NCBI GenBank assembly: GCA_963422735.1
Contig: OY730476.1
Span: forward strand, 3,680,001-3,744,000
Source of the DNA: Candidatus Latescibacterota bacterium
GTDB taxonomy: Bacteria; Latescibacterota; UBA2968; UBA8231
DNA length: 64,000 bases
Direction: 5' to 3'
In this document: in pieces, positions 51,786 to 61,142 of the stretch
Position numbering within the stretch: the first letter of the stretch is position 1
Layout of the letters: every line of letters starts with the position of its first letter
Notes under the pieces: model-generated
Databases searched by the model: none
The model's input: the letters and a program-made list of their open reading frames with translations, nothing else
Told to the model about the DNA's origin: nothing
Program-made: the position numbers and the translations under genes

Positions 51786-53855
51786 TTAGTAGACGACGGG
51801 CACTGTCAGCAGTCGCCGTGCGGTCTCCCTTTGGGTATTCACTTCGATCTGAAGCAGATACAGGCCTGGAGGAACCAGATTGCGGTCATCATCGAGACCG
51901 TCCCAAAATACCTGTTGGGCTGATCGGCCCCGATTCTCAGCGGCCAAGATCGCAATATAGCGTCCGGCGACATCGTGGACCTTTACTATCACATCTGCTT
52001 CGTCGACGAAGAGGACACTGAACTCGACGCGGATTTCGTCGTTCACCCGGTCCCCATTCGGTGTCAGAGCCGACTGCATGAGGCGGACCCCATCGAGAAC
52101 GGTCGTCCTCGCATCGCGAGAGAAGATCTGCAGACTGTTGGTGGGGACATCATCCCTAGCATTCCCTCCGTTCACCGACTGGGGCAGGTTGTCGCTGGCA
52201 GAATCGATGACCTCCCCAGAGAAGATCGTGGAAGAGGTGAAAAGGGAGGACTCGAGATCGATGCGGACGGGGATATCATTACCGCGTGCCACTCGGTTGG
52301 AGGCGAAGGAGATAAGAAGCTCACCGTCGGTGGCGATCCCGTCCCCGGGCCACACGCTATCGGGAGCCACCGAAACAAGATCCGCATCGCCCATCCTCAG
52401 CCCCTCGAAACGAGTGCCAAAGGGGACCGTCAGTCGCACGGCATCAAATCCCTGTGAATCGTTAGCGAAGTTTGCCGCGATGTCGAAGTATAGCTGCCGT
52501 CGCTCTCCGATGGGGAATTCCGCCGGCTGCGCCTCAGCCGTCGGGCCCGCCGAGACAGCATCCGCCAAGGAGACCTCACCAACGAGCGACGAAGCAAGCA
52601 GTGGGGAAACTTCAAACTGTAGTGAATCGAGACGACCGATGGACAGCACATCGTCCGTCAGGAACGTCGCCCGGAATTGCAAATACTGCCGCCCGTCCGG
52701 GGATCGGTTCAATTGACCGGGTGAGCGATAGGGTGAAGACCACGGTGACCAGTTGGTCTCGTCGTCGAGGACGACGCTGCGCTGATTGGGATAGCGGACG
52801 AAGAGACTCTCCCGTCGGGGCAGCGAGGCGCGCTGCCATTCCGACTCTGTCACCTCTTTGTCGCGCCCGAAGTCATCTACGGCGTAGTAGGCCAGCGGCG
52901 TGTCATCGGTGCCGGAGCGCGTCTCCAGGAGCAGTCGGGCAACGCCTTCGGGGTCATCGACGAGCGCGTCCGCTTCCGTGTCTCGGCGAAGCGAGCGGAA
53001 TGAATAAGTGATCTCGCCTAAGTTGACGGGATCATCGAGTGGGATGGCGGTGGAAACATAGTTTACGTTCGTGGGGACGCCCTCGCCATAGACTTGGAAC
53101 TCGGCCATGCTGTAGAGCTGCTCCGCCAAACTCAGATCGAGTCGGATGAATCTGGCTGGCTGCAGCGGAAAGCTGACATCGACTTGGCTTTTAGTGTTGG
53201 ACTTGGTTTCCCCGATGACGGTGGCGAGTGCCCGCTTAGGTATCGGCTCGGAGCCTTCGAGCAGGAATTCCTCCGCCTCATTCTGTATCGAAAGGCGGTA
53301 TGCCCGAGGCGATCCCTGCTTGTTGGGGATGCCTCGCTTATCGACGCCCGATTGCCGAGGGAAAAACAGGATCCGGTTGATCGGCGTCTCCAAGACTAAA
53401 TCAAAGGTCCAAACTTCTTCCTGCAGGCGCAGGATCTGGTTGAAGGTTTCTATGGGCCCCTCACCGACTAGCTGACGCAGCGAGATCGCCGTCTCGGGAT
53501 CGCCGTCGATGATCACGGCTTCCTCGCGGCTGTAACCACCGTGCCAGAAACGCGGGTCAACGCCAGCTTGGAAACCGAAGGCCTTGCCTGTTGTCTGTCC
53601 CTCCGCCCAAGATAGGCCGAATATATTGGCGAAGACCCCAGGTCCGACCATGATGTTCTCCCATGGCCGCAGCTCTCTGGGCTGCAATGCGCCCGGAGCG
53701 GTCGTGTCATCGAGGGCGATGGCCTTCTGGCGCACCTGTGACCACGAGAAATCCCCCCCCGCCCCTCCGATCTGCACGACGCGGCGCTGACCATAGACCG
53801 CAACCGCTGTCGCGACTAGCAGGATCGTTGTGGTAAGCATCGTTCGCATGCACAT
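51786..53855 (-). CDS. Secreted protein with FlgD/T9SS-B-like C-terminal domain (paralogue 2)
   Basis: TRSGTD, WSPWSSP, TPNGDRVND...HDVAGR...WDGLD...VPPGLY. Confidence 0.75.
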   Translation of the reverse strand: MCMRTMLTTTILLVATAVAVYGQRRVVQIGGAGGDFSWSQVRQKAIALDDTTAPGALQPRELRPWENIMVGPGVFANIFGLSWAEGQTTGKAFGFQAGVDPRFWHGGYSREEAVIIDGDPETAISLRQLVGEGPIETFNQILRLQEEVWTFDLVLETPINRILFFPRQSGVDKRGIPNKQGSPRAYRLSIQNEAEEFLLEGSEPIPKRALATVIGETKSNTKSQVDVSFPLQPARFIRLDLSLAEQLYSMAEFQVYGEGVPTNVNYVSTAIPLDDPVNLGEITYSFRSLRRDTEADALVDDPEGVARLLLETRSGTDDTPLAYYAVDDFGRDKEVTESEWQRASLPRRESLFVRYPNQRSVVLDDETNWSPWSSPYRSPGQLNRSPDGRQYLQFRATFLTDDVLSIGRLDSLQFEVSPLLASSLVGEVSLADAVSAGPTAEAQPAEFPIGERRQLYFDIAANFANDSQGFDAVRLTVPFGTRFEGLRMGDADLVSVAPDSVWPGDGIATDGELLISFASNRVARGNDIPVRIDLESSLFTSSTIFSGEVIDSASDNLPQSVNGGNARDDVPTNSLQIFSRDARTTVLDGVRLMQSALTPNGDRVNDEIRVEFSVLFVDEADVIVKVHDVAGRYIAILAAENRGRSAQQVFWDGLDDDRNLVPPGLYLLQIEVNTQRETARRLLTVPVVY

Positions 53856-53878
53856 AAATCCTCCTCTTGCCTACTTTC

Positions 53879-55765
53879 TCAGTAGGACACCACCACGATC
53901 CGGAGGTGCTCAAACGTCTTGGTCTGCGTTTTGACGCGCAGGCGAACGATGTAGTGCCCCGGAGGCAGTTTGTGGGCCTCGGTCCATGTGGCTAGATAGC
54001 TGCCAGCCGCGTGCTCCTCTTGTAGGAGGGTATGAACGAGCCGACCCGATAGATCGTGCATCGTGACGCCTACTTGCGCTGGTTCGATGAGGAATACAAG
54101 GTCGTACTGCACCACTAGGTCGTCGTTTCGCTCGTCTCCATTCGGGGTCACAACACCGGCCCCTATATCGAAGTGGCCGAGAGGATCCCCGAGAGAACCG
54201 AAGACGACGACGGAATTCGTGCCGAGCAAGTTGGTGGCATCACCGGGAGCAACCCGCTGCGGAACTGCGCCGGCTGAATCCAAGAGCCAACCCTCGAACA
54301 GAGTCGTGTACCGCAAGGGCGTTGCTGTAAACCTCACAAAGAGAGTGGCGTTGCTCTCGGCTGTGATCCGGCGGCTTGGGAAGAAGAAAGATATGCCGCG
54401 ATCATCGAAAGCGATGCTGTCAACGGCCACTTGCTCTCGGTCCTCGCCGACCGACACCGATTCTAGCTGGGCAGTACCCGGCGTTGCGATGCGCAAACCA
54501 TCGAACCCATCGTCGCCGGACAGATCCGCAGCCAAGGCGTACTCGAAGGTGGCCGGATCCCCTGTAGCGACGGTGGCCACGCCTGTCTGTGGGAAGGGAT
54601 CGCCGACGCGAATGACCTCGGCTCGCGTCCCTTGGGCGAGGGGTGGCGAGTGGGTGAACTCTAGAGCGTCGATCCGAATCACGTCGGTCGCAGTACCCTC
54701 GAAAAAAAATCTGAACTGGAAGAAGGGCCTCGGCATCGGCAGAAAATCGAGGCTAATCTCGTAGGATCCCGTCGAATCGATTGTCACCGGATTCGACCAC
54801 GCACTCCAGTTCGCTGCATCGTATCTCGCCGTGCGCTCGCGGTCGATGAGGTTCTGGTACGCCTCCTCTGAGATCTCCGTCTCGCTGCCGGTTTCGAGAT
54901 CGATCTGGAAATAGGACTCAGGCGAGGTGTCGTTGCCCGCCCGCACCTGGAACACCGCCTGCACCGGATCGTCCGAAGCCACGTCGGGCTCGGTCGATAC
55001 GCGGGTCGCGCGGATCGTTAGGCGACCAAAGTTGCGCACCCCACCTCCGGCGAAGTCAATGAAGTTGGAGACGTACTGAGCACGGGGTACAAATCCCCGG
55101 CCGAACACCTCAATCTCAGCGATGTCAAAGGGGTTCGGTTCCAGCGTTTCCAAGCGGATATATCTGACGAGTTGCCGTGGAAACTCGGCCTCCGTCCGAA
55201 CCTTATTGGAAATCTCGACCCGTGCTAGGATCTCGTAGATCGGCCGCTCGTCCGTTCCAAAAGAGCGCCCGTCGCTGATCTTGACCTCGTAGGCCCGCAG
55301 GAAGGCGGTGCTGTCTCCCGGGTTGGGAAAGAAGACGATCCGTTCGACGGGAAACGAGGCCCCTAAATCGAAGACGAATATCCGGCCATCCTGAGACTGA
55401 CCAGGAATCTGAAATCGCTCCCCAGTGGATGTGTTTGGGTTGCCGTCGACGAGAACGTCATTCGGCTGGCCGTCAGCAACGCGCGCCCACACCCTCGCCA
55501 CACCCTCGGGGATAAATTCGTCTGGGCCCGTTCCAACATCCGTCCAGCGAACGGCGACGACAATGTTCTCGTCGGCCTTGAAGCCTGCCGGTAGCAGCGA
55601 GTCGGCCGTGACCTGCGCCCCCGCAGCCACTAGCTCCATGCTTTGCCAAGTGTCGCCGCCCTGTCCGATATGCACAGTCTCGATCTGACCGCCCGCATCA
55701 ATGCTCAGGAGGAACGTCAGGGCAAGCGGGACGGCTACACCCGCGCGTTTGGCTGTCAGAGGCAC
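53879..55765 (-). CDS. Secreted discoidin-like protein with FlgD/T9SS-B-like C-terminal domain (paralogue 1)
   Basis: FDLGASFPVERIVFFP, WSAWSNP, TPNGDERND...HDLSGR...LPPGHY. Confidence 0.75.
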   Translation of the reverse strand: MPLTAKRAGVAVPLALTFLLSIDAGGQIETVHIGQGGDTWQSMELVAAGAQVTADSLLPAGFKADENIVVAVRWTDVGTGPDEFIPEGVARVWARVADGQPNDVLVDGNPNTSTGERFQIPGQSQDGRIFVFDLGASFPVERIVFFPNPGDSTAFLRAYEVKISDGRSFGTDERPIYEILARVEISNKVRTEAEFPRQLVRYIRLETLEPNPFDIAEIEVFGRGFVPRAQYVSNFIDFAGGGVRNFGRLTIRATRVSTEPDVASDDPVQAVFQVRAGNDTSPESYFQIDLETGSETEISEEAYQNLIDRERTARYDAANWSAWSNPVTIDSTGSYEISLDFLPMPRPFFQFRFFFEGTATDVIRIDALEFTHSPPLAQGTRAEVIRVGDPFPQTGVATVATGDPATFEYALAADLSGDDGFDGLRIATPGTAQLESVSVGEDREQVAVDSIAFDDRGISFFFPSRRITAESNATLFVRFTATPLRYTTLFEGWLLDSAGAVPQRVAPGDATNLLGTNSVVVFGSLGDPLGHFDIGAGVVTPNGDERNDDLVVQYDLVFLIEPAQVGVTMHDLSGRLVHTLLQEEHAAGSYLATWTEAHKLPPGHYIVRLRVKTQTKTFEHLRIVVVSY

Positions 55766-55766
55766 G

Positions 55767-56492
55767 TCAGTGTGCCGAAACGGTAGCGGGTGGCCGGTAC
55801 CCCTTAAAGACGTCGCGTTGGAACCTGTAGGTCAGATCTACGGCCTCCACCGGCTCATCAGCGTAGTTGAAACGAACGGCAACGTCGTTGACGCGGATGG
55901 CCAACTCGGTTACGTCTGGGGGCATGGGCGGGAATACGAGAAAGCCTTCGTATTCTTGGCCGCTAAAAATCATCTTGTCGGCATATATATGGAGACGCAG
56001 CAGATCCTCACGCTCACGCATGCGCACATAGTAATTTCCGGCCCAAGCCAACGCATACGCTCGGTAGTACTCACTGATTTCGAGGAATGTCAGGGGCTTG
56101 TAGAAACGCTCGCTGGCGGATCGCAACTCGACTCTAGAAGGATCGATCCTGACCTTCGGATACGCATAGTTTTTGACCCGAAGCAGGAATACGGTAAATC
56201 GCTGGGGCGTAAATGACTCTCCTGGGGGGGTCCAATCACCGAATGTAAAGGGGTTAGTGGACCGTGCTCCGTTGGTCGAGCTCGTGGCGAAACTGCGGTT
56301 GAGCTCCGCGTCCGTCATTGGTCGCAGCGCGATATCGAGTCTCTCGAAGACGTAGGCCACCGATCCGTCATCATGGACTACCATGTGTTCGCTCTGCTCG
56401 GACCCAGGCTTGGGCTGGAGAGGCCCCGGGAAGTAGCGCCCACAGCCGGACGCAATCAGGATCAGCAAGCAGGTACAAAGCACTCTCAACAC
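55767..56492 (-). CDS. Hypothetical lipoprotein
   Basis: Lipobox ASGC; coupled to the next gene (1-bp gap). Confidence 0.75.
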   Translation of the reverse strand: MLRVLCTCLLILIASGCGRYFPGPLQPKPGSEQSEHMVVHDDGSVAYVFERLDIALRPMTDAELNRSFATSSTNGARSTNPFTFGDWTPPGESFTPQRFTVFLLRVKNYAYPKVRIDPSRVELRSASERFYKPLTFLEISEYYRAYALAWAGNYYVRMREREDLLRLHIYADKMIFSGQEYEGFLVFPPMPPDVTELAIRVNDVAVRFNYADEPVEAVDLTYRFQRDVFKGYRPPATVSAH

Positions 56493-56518
56493 GGTCTCTC
56501 CGCGCAGTTTAGATAAAA

Positions 56519-56547
56519 TAAGGAGGGAGGACGATCCTCCCTCCTTA
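56519..56547 (-). terminator. Intra-operon hairpin / partial terminator
   Basis: TAAGGAGGGAGGA-CGA-TCCTCCCTCCTTA 13-bp stem followed by TTTTAT on minus strand. Confidence 0.7.
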
Positions 56548-56579
56548 GATGGAACAAGAGATGTGGAGCGTTTCTCTAC

Positions 56580-57473
56580 TTACCGCATCAGGGCTTTCAC
56601 CGCACCCCAGCTACTCCCCTCGACGGCTGTGGCGAACTCACCGGTGCCTAGCAAGGTAAATTCGGAGGAGAATTCCGAGCTATGCGCACCGCCGTTTACG
56701 ATGTGCGTCGTAATCTGGTGAGTCCGGCCTCCACTGTCCGCCTCGTTGAGGCTCAGGGACATACCGATCGTCTGGCCTGCTTCGAAGAACCAGCGGACGC
56801 TTGCGTCGCGGCCATCCGGCTGGTACGGATCGTAGGCCTCCATGCGAACTTCGTAGTTCACTGTCACGTCAGTGGCCAAGTGACCGGCACCCGCTGGAGA
56901 GACCACAACGGCCCCCTCAACGGCGCCCGACTCGGGGCCCCACTGCATCTCCGCAGGCTGGTTCCAGCGCAGGAAGGACACGAGGGGGTAACCGCCGGGA
57001 CGGGCGTAGTGAAAGGTCCACTGCTGGTGTCCGGTGCGAAGGGCATCAGCTGCCTCGTTCCACACACCGTGGTCGGGATCCAGAATGAGTTCGAGATCAT
57101 CGTCATGCCAACCATCGTTCGGCTCGGTGACGTCGGCGTTTAGCGTGTCATCGACAACGCGCGTGAATACGTAGAGCCGATTGTCCGGCTCCGGTGTCCA
57201 GCCGACGTGGTGAGCGATGTCGAGGTCGCTACGCGCTGGAAACTCACCCTCGCCGATCACGTCGCACAGTTGGTCGGGACCGATGATGAAGTCCGGATCG
57301 AACCAACCCCAGTCGCTGCTATCGCCGTCGGGATTCATGGATTCTGGGTTGGGCACCTGTAGGGCAAAATAGCCGATATCGTTGCAGTTTTCGTATGCCG
57401 CTACCGGTGCCACGAAACCTGCCAGCAGCACAGTGCCGAGGACTATTGTGCCGAGAACTGCTTTCTTGTGCAT
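56580..57473 (-). CDS. Secreted CBM9/DOMON-like protein with C-terminal TAVE..SWG.VK motif
   Basis: Signal peptide, DGDSSDW, GW....NRLY, DDLELILDPDH, AGQTIG, TAVEGSSWGAVKALMR. Confidence 0.72.
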   Translation of the reverse strand: MHKKAVLGTIVLGTVLLAGFVAPVAAYENCNDIGYFALQVPNPESMNPDGDSSDWGWFDPDFIIGPDQLCDVIGEGEFPARSDLDIAHHVGWTPEPDNRLYVFTRVVDDTLNADVTEPNDGWHDDDLELILDPDHGVWNEAADALRTGHQQWTFHYARPGGYPLVSFLRWNQPAEMQWGPESGAVEGAVVVSPAGAGHLATDVTVNYEVRMEAYDPYQPDGRDASVRWFFEAGQTIGMSLSLNEADSGGRTHQITTHIVNGGAHSSEFSSEFTLLGTGEFATAVEGSSWGAVKALMR

Positions 57474-57569
57474 GAGATCTCCTCTCGTTCATGTCTTCGC
57501 TTCATTCTTTGGCCGAAGGAAGACGGTAGAATTGGCGCACGGATAGGCATCCGCGCCGTTTATAGAATC

Positions 57570-57586
57570 AACCTATCATACAGGTT
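57570..57586. promoter_or_regulatory. FadR/GntR-type operator, copy 1
   Basis: AACCTATCATACAGGTT, 11 bp downstream of the minus-strand -10 box. Confidence 0.75.
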
Positions 57587-57597
57587 ATAAGCGGGTT

Positions 57598-57626
57598 AAT
57601 CTATTCCGCTATATCAAGAAGTTCAA
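57598..57626 (-). promoter_or_regulatory. Sigma70-like promoter of the 8-gene operon
   Basis: TTGAAC-N17-TAGATT on minus strand. Confidence 0.65.
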
Positions 57627-57776
57627 GTTTTTTTTGCATGGTAAGTCGCTAGAAGGGCAGGCACGACCAATTTGACTGCCATGACTACCCTACACGCGCT
57701 TGACTACATCTTTGAAGGGGGAGTAACTTGAAGTTGACGAGGTTCTCCGTGGATCGTGGATAACGTATGATGTATT

Positions 57777-59528
57777 ATGATGCACAATGATGCACAGCAG
57801 CGATCAAACTGTGCAGGCAAAGACGAGCCAAATAGTACCTCCCTAGATCGTCGATGGATCCGCCGGGTACTGCGAACTGCTTTGGTGGCAGCACCCCTTC
57901 TATCGGGCTGTAGCGACGATGAGGAGCCGGCTCTTGCCCTTCCTCGATTCAGCGAAGTCGCGGCCGATTCCGGGATCGAATTCCGCCATTTCAATGGCGC
58001 TGCCGGGTCCTACTACTATCCCGAAACCCATGGCTCGGGTGCAGCATTTGCCGACTTCAACGGCGACGGTTTTCCCGATCTCTATGTCGTGAATAGCGCT
58101 ACTATCCACGGCGTGTCCACCGCTCATCTGCCCGCCAATGCTCTGTTGGTGAATCAGACCGACGGAACCTTCGTCAATAGAGCAGCGGAAGCAGGGGTCG
58201 CCGACACGAGCTTTGGCATGGGGGTCGGCGTTGGGGACGTCGACAACGATGGCCACGCGGATCTCTACGTCTCGAACTGGGGTGCCAACCGGCTCTACCG
58301 AAACTTGGGCAACGGCCGCTTTGCGGACGTGACCGAATGGTCGGGGACCGGTGATCTGCGGGTATCTACGAGCACGGCCTTCGCCGACATCGATCTCGAC
58401 AGTGACTTGGATCTGTATGTCGCCAACGATGTGCGGATTGCCGGGGACGATCTCCCGGAGTGCTACCGCGGACCGATTCAGATATACTGTGGCCCTGGTG
58501 CCTATCCCGGCGATTCCGGGTCTCTGTTCCGCAACGACGGGGACCTCCGTTTCACGGATATCACCGACTCGATAGGTGTATGGACCGAAGAAGGTCGTCA
58601 GTTAGGCGTGGGATTCGCCGACTACGATGATGACGGCGACTCCGATCTCTATGTCGCCAATGACCACGAGCCCAATTTTCTATTCCGCAACGACGGGTCC
58701 CAATTCACCGAGGTCGGTGTCTCTGCCGGTGTCGCGACGAGCCCCGATGGAGCCCCGGAGGCGGGCATGGGCACCGATTGGTCCGACTATGATCGCGACG
58801 GCCGACTCGACTTAGGCGTGTGCAACTTCCAGTGGGAGCCCTGCCGACTGCTGCACAATACTGGGGCGGGTCGATTCGAAGACCACACCGCGCAGAGTGG
58901 ACTAGGAGGGCCGACCTATCAAACCCTCACCTTCGGGACCGATTTCATCGATGTTGACAACGACGGATACCCCGATCTGTTCCTCGCCAACGGCCATGTC
59001 GAGCCCAACATCGAAATCCTCGACAGTGCCGGCCCCCGCTATGCGCAGCACGACCAGCTCTTCCTGAACAATCGCGACGGCACATTCACCGACGTGACGG
59101 CAGCGAGTGGTCTGACGGCGTTCTCAGCGGGCGTAGGACGAGGCTCGGCGGCGGCCGACTACGACAACGACGGCGATGTCGATCTGTTCGTGTCGAACAA
59201 CAACCAGCGCCCGCACCTTCTCAGAAACGACGGTGGGAATCGCGCTAGCTGGATTTCGGTCGAGGTAGAAGGTACGCGGAGCAATCGCAGTGGAATCGGG
59301 ACGCGCGTCATTGTATTCTCCGCTGATCTGCAGCAGATGGCCGAGGTCCGGGGTGGTAGCAGCTACCTGTCTCACAACGATCTGCGACTGCACTTCGGCC
59401 TCGGTCGCAGGACGGAGGTGGACCGCATCCTGATTCATTGGCCATCGGGTGAATCGCAAACCGTGGGCCCTGTGCCGGCAAGGCGCTTTGTGCGAATCGT
59501 AGAAGGCGAGCCATGGACGCCACTGTGA
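57777..59528 (+). CDS. CRTAC1 / ASPIC-UnbV family protein with FG-GAP (VCBS) repeats
   Basis: Repeated D(F/Y/V)DNDG..DL.V.N; C-terminal SNRSGIGTRV...GSSYLS....LHFGLG...WPSG; lipobox-like LSGC; exact start uncertain. Confidence 0.9.
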   Translation: MMHNDAQQRSNCAGKDEPNSTSLDRRWIRRVLRTALVAAPLLSGCSDDEEPALALPRFSEVAADSGIEFRHFNGAAGSYYYPETHGSGAAFADFNGDGFPDLYVVNSATIHGVSTAHLPANALLVNQTDGTFVNRAAEAGVADTSFGMGVGVGDVDNDGHADLYVSNWGANRLYRNLGNGRFADVTEWSGTGDLRVSTSTAFADIDLDSDLDLYVANDVRIAGDDLPECYRGPIQIYCGPGAYPGDSGSLFRNDGDLRFTDITDSIGVWTEEGRQLGVGFADYDDDGDSDLYVANDHEPNFLFRNDGSQFTEVGVSAGVATSPDGAPEAGMGTDWSDYDRDGRLDLGVCNFQWEPCRLLHNTGAGRFEDHTAQSGLGGPTYQTLTFGTDFIDVDNDGYPDLFLANGHVEPNIEILDSAGPRYAQHDQLFLNNRDGTFTDVTAASGLTAFSAGVGRGSAAADYDNDGDVDLFVSNNNQRPHLLRNDGGNRASWISVEVEGTRSNRSGIGTRVIVFSADLQQMAEVRGGSSYLSHNDLRLHFGLGRRTEVDRILIHWPSGESQTVGPVPARRFVRIVEGEPWTPL

Positions 59529-61072
59529 GAGCACGTGCATGGTTCCTTGCCCTGGTTATGGCTCTCGTCGGGTGCGAAAGCCAACGCCCTGCTGCAGACG
59601 CGCCGCCCACAGCGGACGAGTTGGGGAGGTTGCAGCTAACGTATGAAAAACGACTGCGCGAACGCCCCGGCGATCTCGAGACCCGGGTATCGCTTGCCCG
59701 CGTGCTGCTCGACTTGGGGCAGATGGATCAGTCGATGGATCAGTTCCAAATGGTTCTTCGGTCGGATAGTCTGCACGTGGGGGCGCTGATGGGTCTCAGC
59801 GAGGTTCTGGCCCGAATCCGCGATCACGCGACGGCGCTCTCCTTGGCGAAGCGAGCTGTCGCGGCTAAGCGCGATGCGGAGACGTTGGAGAGGCTATCGG
59901 TGGCGTGGCTCGGGGTCGGACAAATCGAGAGTGCCCGGCTCGCTCTCGCCGAAGCGATCGCGCTGGATCCGGCCCGCCCGGTGCTTCACAAACAGATGGG
60001 TGCGGTACAGGCGGCTCGGGGCGATGTAGCGGCCGCTCAGACCGCGCTGAAGCGAGCGGTGGAATTGGATCCCACATCGCACGAGGCGAGTTTCGCATTG
60101 GGTGCTCTCCAGTGCGAGCGCCTAGGTCGCTGTGCGGAAAGTTTGGATCTCCTCCAGCGAGCCATCGCCTTGGCACCAGACAGTGTCAGATACGAGGTCG
60201 CTGCAGGCCGCGCCCTCCTGCAGGCAGGACGGGCCCACGAGGCCCTGCAGGCATTCTCGACAGCAGTTAGTCTCGACCCCTTTTCGGTGGAGGCGCACGT
60301 CGGTCTGGGACTGTCCCGAGCCATGCTGGAAATGTACGTCGAAGCGGCCACCGCTCTTGAGAGGGCTCTCGAGCTCGATCCAGTGCATCCCGATGTTCGT
60401 CTTCAGTTGGCTTCCGTGTACCGCCGTCTAGGTCGCAGCCAAGACGCCGAGGAGCAGCACGCCGCCCATCGGCGTATCGAGCCACACGTGGCTGGGATCG
60501 AGGGCCTGCGGGCACTAGCCCAGCCAGGCCGCAATCCTAGCGCACACTTCGACCTCGCCCGCCTCTATGCTCGCCTCGGTCATGACGAGGGAAACGCAAG
60601 ACACCTGCGCGACGGTTTGTCCCTCCAGCCGGAGAACGCCCGAGCCTGGCATAACCTTGGCAATGCCCACATCCGATTGGATCGCCCCGGCGAGGCGATC
60701 TCGGCGTACCGCCAAGCCCTGAACCTCAAGCCGGACTATGGCTTGGCGTGGTACAACCTAGGCACGGCCTACGCCACCGGAGGCTACATTGACCTAAGTC
60801 GCGAGGCGTATGAACGGGCTCTGGCTCTATCCGGGAATTCGGCGGATGTTTTCATCGCGCTGGGAAACCTCGAGTTGCAACAAGGCGATGCCCGTACAGC
60901 GGCCGTGCGATACGAACAAGCACTAGCCCAAAATCCCAATCTGCCATCGGCACAGAGGGGTCTCGTGCTCGCGTACCGACAGGCAAGCGACTCGGCAGCG
61001 GCAGCCCAAGCCATCGCAAAATTCAGGAACAAGGGGTCTCCGCCCTCTCCGCCAGCGACGAATGATCCCTAG
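59513..61072 (+). CDS. TPR-repeat lipoprotein
   Basis: Lipobox LVGC; multiple TPRs; overlaps CRTAC1 gene. Confidence 0.9.
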   Translation: MDATVRARAWFLALVMALVGCESQRPAADAPPTADELGRLQLTYEKRLRERPGDLETRVSLARVLLDLGQMDQSMDQFQMVLRSDSLHVGALMGLSEVLARIRDHATALSLAKRAVAAKRDAETLERLSVAWLGVGQIESARLALAEAIALDPARPVLHKQMGAVQAARGDVAAAQTALKRAVELDPTSHEASFALGALQCERLGRCAESLDLLQRAIALAPDSVRYEVAAGRALLQAGRAHEALQAFSTAVSLDPFSVEAHVGLGLSRAMLEMYVEAATALERALELDPVHPDVRLQLASVYRRLGRSQDAEEQHAAHRRIEPHVAGIEGLRALAQPGRNPSAHFDLARLYARLGHDEGNARHLRDGLSLQPENARAWHNLGNAHIRLDRPGEAISAYRQALNLKPDYGLAWYNLGTAYATGGYIDLSREAYERALALSGNSADVFIALGNLELQQGDARTAAVRYEQALAQNPNLPSAQRGLVLAYRQASDSAAAAQAIAKFRNKGSPPSPPATNDP

Positions 61073-61107
61073 GAGCAAATCCCATAGTGTTGTCCACGAG
61101 ATTTTTC

Positions 61108-61137
61108 TTGACTAGAAACGAGATCGTGCCATAGGAT
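61108..61137 (+). promoter_or_regulatory. Sigma70-like promoter, probably giving a leaderless regulator mRNA
   Basis: TTGACT-N18-TAGGAT; ATG begins 6 nt after the -10 box. Confidence 0.45.
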
Positions 61138-61142
61138 GCTTC

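Noticed and set aside
43881-57473. Interpretation as a standard SusC/SusD PUL, prophage or contractile injection system
   Set aside because: No TonB-dependent plug/barrel motifs, SusD, or phage structural proteins are recognisable.
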